A DNA stretch of 64,000 nucleotides, from the NCBI GenBank assembly GCA_000091205.1, contig AP006498.2. One strand, written 5' to 3'. Shown here one piece after another: positions 45,605 through 56,690 of this stretch; within the stretch, counting starts at the first letter, position 1; each line of letters starts with the position of its first letter. This DNA comes from Cyanidioschyzon merolae. Taxonomy: Eukaryota. The notes below the pieces were generated by a model. It made no database searches. It saw only the letters and a list, made by a program, of their open reading frames with translations, and was not told the DNA's origin. The position numbers were made by a program, and so were the translations under genes.

Positions 45605-46741
45605 GGGTACGCTATGGTTGAGGTCGACGACCAAGAGCGGCCTTGTCGCCGCAATGTGCCTTGTTCGCAGGCCTCCCTGGCAAGGAACCTCCATAGGCCG
45701 GCTCCCGAGATACTCGGTCCCGTGTTACGACGGATTTCGTGTTGATGAGGTAACCTGTTGAACCCGATAACGCTTAGGCTCGCAAGGACTTTTTTCTTGA
45801 TGCTCGAGCTTACCTTGCGAGGCAAGGCGACCATTTTCCGTACCCAGCATCTGTGTAACGACCCCAGCAACTGCTGCAGCGATGCACATCATTTATTGGA
45901 AGGATTGCAGCCACGATCGAAGCATCAGTGTACAGCAACTCGCGGAACGCCACGGCTTGGAATGCTGATGTAGAGGCTCGGCTGCGCTTTGTTACAGTGG
46001 AACGGACGAGAACGTTTTTTCGCGCTCGGTACGGACCCTGATACCTCTAATAGCGACTATTGTGGAATGCTGTCGTTTGGGTACCTGATCGCACCAAGTC
46101 TCTGGGTGCCTTGCATACCGGCCGCTTTTCGTGTGTACCGCAGCACCCAAAATCGATGGGTATTCGTTGAGCGTACGCAGACCCGTGAGCGGCTGCTTCT
46201 GCGTCACGCAGCGCAGCGAACCGCTTCGAACGATGAGTATCGTGGACTGGGTGCTTACCAGTGCGTGGCTATGTTGGTGTACTGCTCAGGCGTCTGCAGA
46301 TGCGTCAGGTGAAGTACAGGGGTGCTTTCAGCGCGCTTGGCTGTCTCGAGCGTGCTGATACATAAACCGCTGCGCGGATCATTGGAAATCAACGAACCCG
46401 AAATCATCATAACCATCATCAGCAGCACCAGAACCAAGTGCAGGAGCAGCCGCCAGATCTATCCTACTCGGGTCGTGGATAACGATGTTTCCAAGCGTTT
46501 ATTCAGAAACCGATGGTATGCATCTATCAGTTGATAACTAGGTCTTGCTTGGTAGCATATCTTTTGTATGTGCTACAGGAACGCGTGCCATCGCGGCGAA
46601 GTGTTGTCATTCTAGTCTGCGTGTCAACTTGCTTCTTCGCGCGTCAACATAGACGCGAACATAACGCAACCTCAGGGGCCTCCCGTCGCACAGAGCACGC
46701 TCTACGTCATGTAAACACGGAAAGCTCCATCGAATCCAAAG

Positions 46742-47128
46742 TTAATAACCGTGCTGACGCAAATAGTCCGCAACACGACCTACAGCTGTTGCACACTCAC
46801 CGGGAACGGTTCCTTTGCTGTAAAGCGCCAGCACGAGCGCCGTGCGCGTTCGCATCGCAACCAGTCCATCATCACGCTCTTTTGCGTAGACCGCGTCTCC
46901 ATCACTCCTCAAGAACATGTACTTGCGTCCGCCCACACGGATCCCCGAAGTTGCTGCATCGCCTGGGTCCACAAACGCTCGTAACAGTTTGCTGACTTCG
47001 TCCGGTGTGACCCGCAGTCCCGGGGACCGTGCCCAGATTCCACCGTCTCCACCAGCCGATATGATCGCTCCTTCCGCACACTTCCCAGAACCTATTAAAT
47101 AAGTGTCAACGTATTGCTGCCAGGACAT
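46742..47128 (-). CDS. Profilin
   Basis: 128 aa from ATG at 47126-47128: MSWQQYVDTYLIGSGKCAEGAIISAGGDGGIWARSPG...GIRVGGRKYMFLRSDGDAVYAKERDDGLVAMRTRTALVLALYSKG...YLRQHGY. The track ORF 46742-47335 is extended upstream by 69 non-homologous codons. Confidence 0.85.
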   Translation of the reverse strand: MSWQQYVDTYLIGSGKCAEGAIISAGGDGGIWARSPGLRVTPDEVSKLLRAFVDPGDAATSGIRVGGRKYMFLRSDGDAVYAKERDDGLVAMRTRTALVLALYSKGTVPGECATAVGRVADYLRQHGY

Positions 47129-47361
47129 GATGGGCTCTTGTCGAGAGTTCAGCGAGTCCGAAAGAAACAGTTTTTTTGAAGGAGAAACCAGAAACGTTTT
47201 AGTTTTGAACGCCACTGGTCCAGAAATGTTCAGTTTCTCGCTGCATGCCGAGAGCGTTGCGTCCGCGCCGGTGCAGCGCACTTTCACGAAGAGTTCGGGG
47301 CATTCGTGGCGATGTATTTGACCACCGCAAACCATCAGCGGCGACTATGTAGCTTGGATGC

Positions 47362-47988
47362 ATGAGTGGTCGGATCCTGTTCCACATCGAAGCGCGTCCG
47401 CAGCTCTTCCTGGCGGTGTACCTGGTACGGGGCTACCACGCGCTCTGGTCGACTGAGGAACCTGTCACCGCCTCCGGCGCGAGCACTGCGGACGGAGTGG
47501 CAACGGGCCCTGCCCTTGGCGCTAGCGAGGAAGCTGACGCTGTTTCGGAGTTATTCTTGACGCTGGTACCTTTCCTGGAGGCGAACTTGCGCTTCAGGGA
47601 GGCAAAGGATGTTGGGAGCACGACGGTAGGAGCTCGCGGAACGGGCGGTGCTGGTGTCTCTTGGGACTGGGGCGGCCCCACTGCGGAAAACTCGCCTGTC
47701 CTGCTTCCATCAGCAAAACCTGGTTCACAGCTTCTCTACGCTGTATACGTGCACACACCGGAAAAATTGACAGAAAAGTACCATTTACTGTTGTATGCAG
47801 GGAAACAGGTCACTGACGGGACGCAGCGGGTACAGCGCGACGATACCGACGCAGTGCAGAGCTGCTGGAAACGTGCAAACCTACTCCCGTTTTATCTAGA
47901 ATGCATTGAACAACACATTTCGCAGGTGTTAGAGGACGCGAGCCAAACTGCAGTTGCAGAATCGAGTGAGTCAGATGCAGCGGACTAA
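47362..47988 (+). CDS. Hypothetical protein (possible longin/adaptor-like fold; unassigned)
   Basis: 208-aa ORF transcribed divergently from profilin. Hydrophobic beta-like N-terminus RILFHIEARPQLFLAVYLVRGY and later LLYAVYVHTPEKLTEKYHLLLYAG. Gly/Ala-rich central linker. ATG start. Confidence 0.3.
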   Translation: MSGRILFHIEARPQLFLAVYLVRGYHALWSTEEPVTASGASTADGVATGPALGASEEADAVSELFLTLVPFLEANLRFREAKDVGSTTVGARGTGGAGVSWDWGGPTAENSPVLLPSAKPGSQLLYAVYVHTPEKLTEKYHLLLYAGKQVTDGTQRVQRDDTDAVQSCWKRANLLPFYLECIEQHISQVLEDASQTAVAESSESDAAD

Positions 47989-49420
47989 CTGCGGACAATT
48001 TTCAGACCGCGCATCCCGAGTCATGACGCTGGCGAGCGATCTGAGGTCTGCAACGCAAGCCATGCCGTCATTGCCAACTTGCTCTAAAGGCGATCTTCAA
48101 TTTGTCGGATTCGTTTGTTTATGACGCGTGTGTATTCGCAAAACATGCGGATCAGCGGGTATTTGGAATCGCGCCTTGCCCAGACAGATACCTACAAGAC
48201 ATGATTCCAGGACGTATCTTGTACTGAAGCAGAGAAGCTGCACGTACCTTGAAGCACTTGATGGTGACCAGACCGATCGTCTTAGGCACAGCGTTTGCGG
48301 CGGCGGCGGCAGCGGCACCTTGCAAAGCGACATCGGCAGTCATCCGATCGACGCGGTGCTGCAAGATGCCCAGAGACACCTTTGGCCCCGTTTCGAGCAG
48401 TGCGCAGTGCGGAGCCCGTCATCATCAGCGCATTGCGGATCGATGTCAGGCGTTCGCATCTACCAGGAAGCATGATCTGCCTCGTGAGCTTCTGATGAAA
48501 AAGGGGCCTGCACTCGATCACAGTCTTCGCCACTGATCCCGTGAAGCGTGAACACTATCACTGCTCACTAGAGAAGCACTCCGAGAGCACCAGTGCACGA
48601 GCTCAAGCACCACCATGGATACGTACCTGCTCTTGGCGAATGGGCGACACACCCGAATCGAACTGTGACCCGGGGGATCCCGCCGCGCGGCCGGCGCGCG
48701 TACACACCATCCGCACCAGCACGCACTGCCGATGGTGCGGATTTTTTTTGAATTGACAAAACGTTTACTTAGGCCAGCACGCTCCGATTAAGCGAAGTTG
48801 GGAATCTTCCATGTTACCACTACACCAGCAGCGCAGCAGGATGCGCTGCCCGGGAATCGTGCGGGATGATAGAACCCGGGGCAGAAGAAGATTCCATATA
48901 ACGACCGATGGTGTGCGGATGCAGGGCGCGCGCGTGCACAGGGCATCATCCATGGACATATTTGACCTGATAAGTACAGCTAGATACCAATTATGGATCC
49001 GAACCTGCCTGTGGGCATGTGAACGGCGGCAGCTGTCCCTGTGAACATGCATTGTCGCAGGTGCTGCGTCGCAGCGTCGACTCCAGATGCAGCATGTCCA
49101 GGGGCATCACATGCGCAAACATTGCATCAACGAATCTTCTGATGGACTCCAGACCAGCTGGATGCTTGTTTTCGTATACGGAACGCATTGGGGAAAGCCT
49201 TCCCGGTTTCACGGACCCTGCTCGGCTGGCACTCGACGACATCGGAACGGCCACCATTCGAACCGCGCGATACGCTCTACTGTCGTGTGCGTATGCCCAG
49301 CGACGTCGCCAGGAGGCGCGGCTGGCGCTCCTCGATCCAGTGATCAAACGCCGCGGGCAACGCTCGTGTCAGGAAGGGTATGCAGCAGCCGCTGTGCGAC
49401 GCGACTCTTCAAGTCGCTAA

Positions 49421-51064
49421 TCATCCACGCATTCCCTCTGATCGATCGAGATGTTTTCGCTTGCTTCCCCTGGACTTGGACTTGTTCCGTGGTTTCTTCG
49501 GCAATCCGAGCAGCCACTCAGGCACAGACTCATTCTGGCCACTGAGGCGCATCACATGCGCACACGTGCGCGCCTGCGCTGCCTCATCGGCACAGAAAAG
49601 CGTGATTGCTTTCCCGGTGCGACCGTTCCGGCCAGCGCGTCCAATGCGATGCACATAAGTGACGCCGTCTGCGGGTATATCATAGTTCACCACTGTATTC
49701 ACGCACTTGAAATCAATACCGCGCGCTACGAGATCCGTGCAGACTAGATAAAATATTTGGCCAACTAGGAACTGGTGCAAGATCTGGCGCCGTGTTTCCC
49801 GATCTCGGGCTGCATGCAGTGCAGCTACTCGAGTACCCAGGAGCATGGCCTGTCGTTCACGCACAATTTGCGGAATGCCAGCAGTAGTTTTCATGAGATG
49901 CTGCAGAAGTGCAAAGCGGAGCTCCTTCGCTACAGCTTCGCAGGCTCGTTGAGTTGCCACAAAGATGAGCGCTGGTGGCTGAAGCTCGTACCCGTCGAGG
50001 ACCATCTGACGCAGCGCAAGAAGCTTGCCCTGATCGCTTCCTGAGCCACAGAACCGCAGCCGCTGCTCCACGGAGGCAACGGTTCGGGTCATACCACCTT
50101 TGGCTTCGATGTTGATTCGCAGCGGCGAGACACACACCGTGCGAGCAAGTTCATCCGCATTGGGTGGCATCGTGGCAGAAAAGAAGTGTATGCGTGGTCG
50201 TTTGCTGGATGCGCCCTCATTTTGGCATCCTTCAAGGACAATGCGCAGAATCCGATCAACTGTCGGCACCAGCGAGGGTTCCAACAGACGATCAGCTTCG
50301 TCTAGAATGATCGTCTCGCAAGGCGCTGGAAACGGAGACCTGGCGCTCCCCGATGCTTGACCAGCACCATACTCATGCGCATGGATCGCCGTCAACGGCG
50401 TCGCCACGACAAGAACAGGTCCCGACGCTGGACGTTGGACAGAAGTCGCTGTTTCGCTGCTTGCCTTACGATTTGTGGATGCCGGTGATTCACCGCTGCC
50501 TTGCCACCAGGTGGCTACGTCACTCGGTTGACAAAGTCGGCGGATTTCATGCGTAAGGACGCCTCTAGGTCCGCAGAAATGTGCTGCAACTCGCGTTACC
50601 TGCTCGGCAAGCTCCCGAGTGGGAACGAGTACCAACCCCGACTGCTTCTTGAGGAACAGCGGAAGAAGATATGCAAGTGTCTTGCCACTTCCTGTGGGTG
50701 CACAGGTGAGTACGTCGAAAGCCTCTTCAAGAAGCAACGGTACCGCCTGGCACTGGACTGCGGTAGGTGACGTAGCGCCAAAGTGCTCCGAAAGCACGCC
50801 TAGGACCTGCTCGAGAACGTCGCTGTACTGCGGATATCGCTCGAAAAGATCCGGCACGAACGCTTGAATAGGGTCCGGTATGAGGTCCCACGGAACGCTC
50901 TCGAACACGCTCTTGTAGCCATCGCGCCTTGTTAAGAAGCGATCGACCTGGATACCGTGTTGATGTCGAAAGCGTTGCACCTGCTGGAAGTGCTCTGAGT
51001 GTTCAAGCGGCTCAGCGGTTGTTTCTGAGGTATGGGAAGAGCCTTGGCAGGCGCCTTGACTCAT
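49421..51064 (-). CDS. DEAD-box ATP-dependent RNA helicase
   Basis: Q-motif region; motif I APTGSGKTLAYLLP; motif II ILDEADRLL; motif III FFSATMPP; motif VI HRIGRAGRNGRTGKAITLF. Basic C-terminal tail. ATG start at 51062-51064. Confidence 0.85.
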   Translation of the reverse strand: MSQGACQGSSHTSETTAEPLEHSEHFQQVQRFRHQHGIQVDRFLTRRDGYKSVFESVPWDLIPDPIQAFVPDLFERYPQYSDVLEQVLGVLSEHFGATSPTAVQCQAVPLLLEEAFDVLTCAPTGSGKTLAYLLPLFLKKQSGLVLVPTRELAEQVTRVAAHFCGPRGVLTHEIRRLCQPSDVATWWQGSGESPASTNRKASSETATSVQRPASGPVLVVATPLTAIHAHEYGAGQASGSARSPFPAPCETIILDEADRLLEPSLVPTVDRILRIVLEGCQNEGASSKRPRIHFFSATMPPNADELARTVCVSPLRINIEAKGGMTRTVASVEQRLRFCGSGSDQGKLLALRQMVLDGYELQPPALIFVATQRACEAVAKELRFALLQHLMKTTAGIPQIVRERQAMLLGTRVAALHAARDRETRRQILHQFLVGQIFYLVCTDLVARGIDFKCVNTVVNYDIPADGVTYVHRIGRAGRNGRTGKAITLFCADEAAQARTCAHVMRLSGQNESVPEWLLGLPKKPRNKSKSRGSKRKHLDRSEGMRG

Positions 51065-51617
51065 GGGGAAGGTCTTACGCCAGCCTTGGTTCAGCGCTGC
51101 GCAGGGTATCCCGCTGACAGCGTCGCAAGCGTACGCTGCTCGCCCTCAAGGACAATGCGACGTCGGCCGGTCACCGTACTCCTCCGCAAGTGCGAGTCTC
51201 ACTATTCGATAGACAGGGCACAGCGCAAGCCCTCCTTTTCAAAACTGCGCACAGTCACAGGATTTTCGAAAAATCTAATCCCAAACGCTTCTAAAGTGAT
51301 CAGTGACGTCGCTTGACACACGAGCACGGGTTCAAGGTCGTTAAACAAAGCTATTTCTGAACCGGTACTCGAGAGCCATTCTCTGGTGTGCCGCAGAAAG
51401 CTGTCATTGCGCTGCCGTGCACTGCGGCTGGCACGAGGCCGGCGACATAGAGCGCTCGCCCTTTCGTCTAGACAGACGGTGTCTGCAGAGCTCTGCACTT
51501 TTGGCGAAGCCTCTGTCGTCTTTGTTTTGATTAAGACAATCGGTGCTGGCGGCACGCAGTGGACGTTTTGGAGGGAACTAGGCAACTGATTGTGCTGTAC
51601 CAGGCGGTTCAAGAAGT

Positions 51618-53057
51618 GTGTTGCCGGCACCAGCATCCGCGTCACGTTGGAGACGCTTCCTCACAAGCGCTGACTGTCGCTGTCGTGTCCAGAAGCGCTC
51701 CGCGGGGCCGGCAGCTGCAGCGACACAGGGACAGATGAACCTTGCACACAAGTTTATTCGGAACGGACCGCACGAGCTTGTGGTACGCTCTCTGCGCCTA
51801 AGCTTCGTGCAGAGACTGGTGTACAGGATCGAGTCTGCAGCAGGGCACTACGGTAGTTGCGAGCGCTCACGCGCATTCTCGGCGGCGGCAGCGGGCAAGA
51901 CAGGTTCCAGCGGCGACGGGAGAAAGCATAGCGGCAACCGGGTGCCACCGGCCGGTGAACGCGACACGGATGAACTGAAAGCAGGGTCACAGCGTGGACC
52001 AGAGCTCGCCGAGAACCGTGTGGGACGAGAGCAACTGCATAGGCGTTCCGGTGCGCCTGTTCACGGTAGGCAGCTCAACTGGGAAGAGGCGCAAAGACGC
52101 GCTGTGCTCGAGCTGTTCGGAAACCCGGCCTGGCTTGCTCCATACGCAGCAGAGATTCCGGTACAGGAACTCTCTCGAATGCTGACAACTTTTCAGCTGG
52201 TGCAGGAACAACCACGGACATTGCTCGCAGATCCAGTGCTTCCTAAGTTTGGTCGACCAAAAGACAGTCCTGTTGGTGTTCATGTTCCCGAGTCAGTGAT
52301 TGCTGCTTTTCGCCGAGAGTATCCGCCGGCAGTCGCTGGAGCCTTGGAGCTCCTCGATCCCGGTTTTGTCTGGGATACCGAGGCGGGAGGTATCCCTCGC
52401 CCAAAGAGTGAACTCCCGCCTTCTGTCTATCGTGAAGACCTGGAGACACTCTGGCAACGGGTCGATGAGCGTACCACCGGAGCAGACGAGCTCCGACAAA
52501 CGGCTCGTTCGAGTAGGACAGGCGTCAGTCGTGGACCGCTCGCAGCGCTTGCCCAGTCCACGACGCCTTCGGTTTTGCCGCGGAAACAACATCGATGCCC
52601 GTTGTGTGACCTGGCCGGGGGCAAGGCACGCGAACTGGCAATCAAGAGGGCTCGGCGAGAGCGCAAGCGGCAGATCAAAACATTCATAGACTCCTTTACG
52701 AGCGATGTCTTGGAACGGCAACAAGCTCTACGCGAAGGAAGCCCCCAAGGCACGCAGCTTGCGGCCGCCACACCGGACCAAGTCGTCGATGCTGCGCTCA
52801 TGCCGCTTCTTGAAGAAACGGTACAACGCGAACTTGAAGCTGCCAGTCAACGAGAAGTGGTAGACTTTCGGGACGTGGACTTGCTTGTTCGATTCGTGAA
52901 CGAGGCGGGTCGCATTCAGCCGAGAAGGAGGACGCACTGCTGTGCAAAGCATCAACGGTGGCTAGCACGTGCGATCAAGCATGCGCGGAATGCAGCCTTA
53001 ATCAGTCCAATACGACGGATCGGGTTCGATCTTGTGGGCCGCCCCACGGAATTTTGA
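51618..53057 (+). CDS. Ribosomal protein S18-domain protein (mitochondrial mS18-like) with long N-terminal extension
   Basis: C-terminal bS18 signature QPRRRTHCCAKHQRWLARAIKHARNAALISP (compare bacterial S18 R.TG.C.K.QR.L..AIKRAR...LLP). Listed start is GTG; first ATG at 51735. ~380-aa N-terminal extension without recognised domains. Confidence 0.5.
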   Translation: MLPAPASASRWRRFLTSADCRCRVQKRSAGPAAAATQGQMNLAHKFIRNGPHELVVRSLRLSFVQRLVYRIESAAGHYGSCERSRAFSAAAAGKTGSSGDGRKHSGNRVPPAGERDTDELKAGSQRGPELAENRVGREQLHRRSGAPVHGRQLNWEEAQRRAVLELFGNPAWLAPYAAEIPVQELSRMLTTFQLVQEQPRTLLADPVLPKFGRPKDSPVGVHVPESVIAAFRREYPPAVAGALELLDPGFVWDTEAGGIPRPKSELPPSVYREDLETLWQRVDERTTGADELRQTARSSRTGVSRGPLAALAQSTTPSVLPRKQHRCPLCDLAGGKARELAIKRARRERKRQIKTFIDSFTSDVLERQQALREGSPQGTQLAAATPDQVVDAALMPLLEETVQRELEAASQREVVDFRDVDLLVRFVNEAGRIQPRRRTHCCAKHQRWLARAIKHARNAALISPIRRIGFDLVGRPTEF

Positions 53058-53446
53058 TATTATACCAGCAATTACATATGCTGAAAGCGGCTTTGTACCA
53101 ACAGGCGAAGTTGCTTGACGAGCGTGCCCCTTTGTATGCATATTTCTCGAAAGGATAGCGCTGATGCCGCGCCGCCCGTTAGCTGGTTTCAAGACGCGTC
53201 GTGTATGGCGTACCCGACCCGAGCGAGGGCGTATCGAGCATCCAGCCACAATGCCATGAAACCGGAACGACTATAACGCTCATGTCTCTCGTTCATGTGA
53301 ACGTTTGCGCCTTCCATGCCGTTTCTACAACCATAAATCCCACGTTAGAATGAAAGGGAAGCGCTCCATTTACATCAATCGGGTATGCTCACGAAACCTT
53401 TGCCGGATTCAATGGGAGCAGGCCTCTGAAAACTGGCGTTCAGGCT

Positions 53447-54003
53447 GACTTTTGGCTCGGCTTCCGCTGACATGGACAAAGGCGTGTGCGCGCTTCTCCT
53501 CTGCCGGCATCGTTTTTCTCTCTGGTACCTCTGCCTGGGAAGATGTCGATCTCGCGTGCCGCTCGAGCTTCGTTGTCGGCAACTGAAGAATGCTCATGAC
53601 AGCGTTCAAGTTCCGGTTACGCAGCTTCCGGCGCTTGCAGATGCATATCATGCACACACAAAAGCTGCTCCCTACGCTCCGCTTGTCGTTTTGCACCCGC
53701 TTTGCATGCGGCCTCGGTGCACATTTCGCGGCAGCGACAGCTTGCTGTGGTCGGATCTTCGCGTGTGGCCACCAGAGCACCTCCTCAACGCCTTTCTCGA
53801 TTTTTCAGCACCAGGTGCCGTATCCTAAGACCACGGGCTTCCTCGGGGACGATCACTTTGGTTCGTACGCTTTCTGCGGCACGCGCAAGTGCACGCTCTT
53901 CGATACGATAGAGGGTGTGTAGAACGCGATATTGTCCATGATGAAACGAGGACTCGAAGGAAAAGCAAGGCTCGAGCAAAACTCGGGAAACTTCGACCCG
54001 TGT
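53447..54003. repeat. 555-bp direct repeat, copy 1 (~99% identical to 61887-62446)
   Basis: Alignment by eye starts at ggctcggcttccgctgacatggacaaaggcgtgtgcgc and ends at ...ctcgggaaacttcga(c/t)ccgtgta, with only a few mismatches. Lies in the S18-GET3 intergenic region. Encoded peptides are unrecognisable. Confidence 0.6.
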
Positions 54004-54756
54004 AGTCCCAGTTCATCGCAACCGCGCTGCACGAACCGCGAAACTCGACGCTGTCCACCCAAGCCCATAATCAATAGCGAGAACGAGTTGCACCAAATCA
54101 GTTTCGCACGCACACACTATTCTCGCAGCAGCTACGCTGCGTGTAGCGATAGGTGCAGCACCTGCTCTGTGATGCAGGTACTTGCACGGAGACCTGCGGC
54201 AGCGTGCACTAGAGCGCCCTTTCCAATCGCGTTACCCATTGCCCATGACGCTTTACCCATTGCGTGATATGCTTTACAGGTTGCGTTCAACGTCTAACGC
54301 GAGGTGCGGCCTCGTGCCTGCTTCCGCGCTGGGTGCTGCGCGCGCGCGCGCGCGTTTCGGCGCTGCAGCGGCATGGCAGGCCGCGGCGCGTCAACACGTT
54401 GCGCGACTCGAAGCTGCGTTCTGCTCAGGGCGCTCACGCTGTGTACTCCTGCAAGCGGATGCCGTGTGAGATGAAATCTAGCACTACTGGATTTTGCTTC
54501 ACTTGTGCGGGTAATGGACGTTGGGAAGGCACGTTCTACGGTAGCCGTGAGCCTGTCTCCAAAGTGTGGCACTGTGGGAGCGGTGCTGGGTGTCCACGCC
54601 ACTCGATGCGCCTTCCAGGGGCGCAAGCGTCACGCCGCGCACTCCGTTAAGCAGATGATCGTGGCCAGTGGCTGGTCATGAAGAAACCGTCGTCGACCAA
54701 GGTAACGGTGCCGTCCACGTGCCGGAGGCAGCAGCACTCGGCAGCGCGAGGAGCGA

Positions 54757-56289
54757 GTGGTACGCAGCGAGCAAGCGCTGGCGCCGCAGTCTACGATACC
54801 GCGTTGGCGCTCGCAGGCGAATCGCATCGGTCAGGGTCTTGTTGTGTTCCTAGCTGTGAGTTATGTGCTTGAGAAGGCGGTTCCACTGATGCAGTGGCTG
54901 GTGATGCGTCCCAAGAACAAGGTCGGTTCTAGAGCCGGCGTTACTGCGACGAACGTCGGGGCTACTGCTCCAGCTCCGGCTGCAGCTCCGGGAGCCTCTG
55001 GTCTGGACGCAATGGCACGCACCGGCGCTTCTAGTTCGAGCAGCGTTCAGAGGCAGTCATCCTGGACACCACCCGCGACTGCGCAGTGGTCGTCAGCCGT
55101 TGATCTTGTTGAACAGCGCACGAGTCGAAAGATCACGATTATCGGCGGCAAAGGCGGCGTCGGCAAGTCGACCATGGCTGCCGCCACCGCGGTACGGTTT
55201 GCGGACCAAGGTGAGACAACGCTGATTATCAGTACTGACCCTGCACATTCGTTGTCGGATTCCTTCGATCAGGATGTAAGTGGCGGTGCCCCGGTTCCAG
55301 TGCTTGCTGTGGACAACCTCTATGCCATGGAGATCAACCCTGAGCAGATGAAAACGTCTTTGAGAATGCTTCCGGATTCCGAGAAGCTTCAGATGATGAG
55401 CGGTATGGATATGGGCCTGGAAGACTTTGATTCATTGTTCGAGACGCTACCGCCAGGTTTCGATGAAGCGATCGCCCTCGTTGAAATCATGAAACTGATC
55501 CAGGGCGATCCGGCTTTTGCCAAGTTTGATCGGATCGTCATCGATACCGCGCCAACTGGACATACGCTCCGCCTCTTATCGCTGCCGGACTTTTTGGACT
55601 CGTTTCTCGGCAAGATCTTGACCATGAAGAACAAGCTCGGCAACGTTATGAACCAGTTTAAGGGCATGTTCAGTGGAGGCAATGATCAGCAAACCTTGGA
55701 TTCCGCCGATATAGATGAGCTCAAACGGAGCATGAACATGGTTCGCGCTCTGCTGCGCGATCCAAACCAGACAGAGTTTATCGTGGCAACCATCCCGACC
55801 ATGATGAGCGTGGCCGAAAGCGAACGCCTGGTGAAGGATCTCTCCCGGGAAAAGATTCCCTGTCGCCATATTTTTGTGAATATGGTACAGCCGCCAAATG
55901 ATTCATGCAGTTTCTGCAAAGCCCGTCGACGCGAACATGAGACCAATTACAAGTACATCGAACGCGTATTCCGAGACTTTAAGGTTGTTCCGGTCAAGTA
56001 TTTTGAACGCGAAGTGCGGGGCGCCCCAGCTCTTCGGGCGATGGCTTCGCAGTTGTTTGCAGATGACTCGTCTTCGGAACCGGGAACCGCAGCATCAACC
56101 GAGGACACATCGCGCCAAACGACAGAGACGCCTACGATTGCGCCACGCGCGGCCACAGAAGCAAAAGGCGAGCAAGTTGGTGGACGCGGGAACGGCGCAG
56201 GTGCGCACCATATCGCTGCATCGGGTGAGTCTGCGAACAACAACGCGCCGGCAGCGAATACCGCCACACAGCGAAGCTCAGAGCAATGA
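54757..56289 (+). CDS. GET3: GET3/ArsA-family ATPase (tail-anchored protein insertion ATPase) with N-terminal extension
   Basis: Deviant Walker A GGKGGVGKSTMAAATAVRFADQG followed by ISTDPAHSLSDSF. Switch II/A-loop DTAPTGHTLRLLSLPDFL. GET3-type CxxC pair CSFCKAR. Listed start is GTG; first ATG at 54889. Hydrophobic N-terminal segment and Ala/Gln-rich C-terminal tail. Confidence 0.8.
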   Translation: MVRSEQALAPQSTIPRWRSQANRIGQGLVVFLAVSYVLEKAVPLMQWLVMRPKNKVGSRAGVTATNVGATAPAPAAAPGASGLDAMARTGASSSSSVQRQSSWTPPATAQWSSAVDLVEQRTSRKITIIGGKGGVGKSTMAAATAVRFADQGETTLIISTDPAHSLSDSFDQDVSGGAPVPVLAVDNLYAMEINPEQMKTSLRMLPDSEKLQMMSGMDMGLEDFDSLFETLPPGFDEAIALVEIMKLIQGDPAFAKFDRIVIDTAPTGHTLRLLSLPDFLDSFLGKILTMKNKLGNVMNQFKGMFSGGNDQQTLDSADIDELKRSMNMVRALLRDPNQTEFIVATIPTMMSVAESERLVKDLSREKIPCRHIFVNMVQPPNDSCSFCKARRREHETNYKYIERVFRDFKVVPVKYFEREVRGAPALRAMASQLFADDSSSEPGTAASTEDTSRQTTETPTIAPRAATEAKGEQVGGRGNGAGAHHIAASGESANNNAPAANTATQRSSEQ

Positions 56290-56690
56290 TTGCACCGGAG
56301 GCAGTAGCTGCTCGCGGGGGTCAGGACGTACCTGCTGTTCAAAGCGCCTGGCTACCGACGCGCACTATTTGCTTTCGATTATCATAGAGCGGTGCAACGA
56401 TGGCGCTGCTGCGCTCGCTGCGTGGCAATTATTTCCGTTTCTCTCATGTGCCGTGTAGCTTTCGGATGTGCCTCACGTAAGCGCTTCTACGTTGCGAGCT
56501 AAACGTTCTTCATGCTTTGTGGATCAAAGAATTGGCCCATACTCGCCAAAATTCGCTCACAAAGGGGTTGGCTTTTCGGAGCGTTGCCTGCACGTGATCA
56601 GAGCTCGTGCACCGAATGGACATCATTGATCTCTCGGGCGTCGTGGCTATTTCATTTCCATCAGTAGACGTGGAGCGAAAACTTTTCGCG

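Noticed and set aside
47128-47335. 69-codon N-terminal extension on the profilin ORF
   Set aside because: Profilin homology begins exactly at the internal ATG (MSWQQYVD), and profilins are ~125-135 aa. The upstream extension is read-through of the 5' region.
53015-53040. tRNA T-loop-like string gggttcgatc
   Set aside because: It lies inside the S18-domain coding sequence (RRIGFDLVGRPTEF) with no acceptor/anticodon stem context. No tRNA could be supported anywhere by eye.
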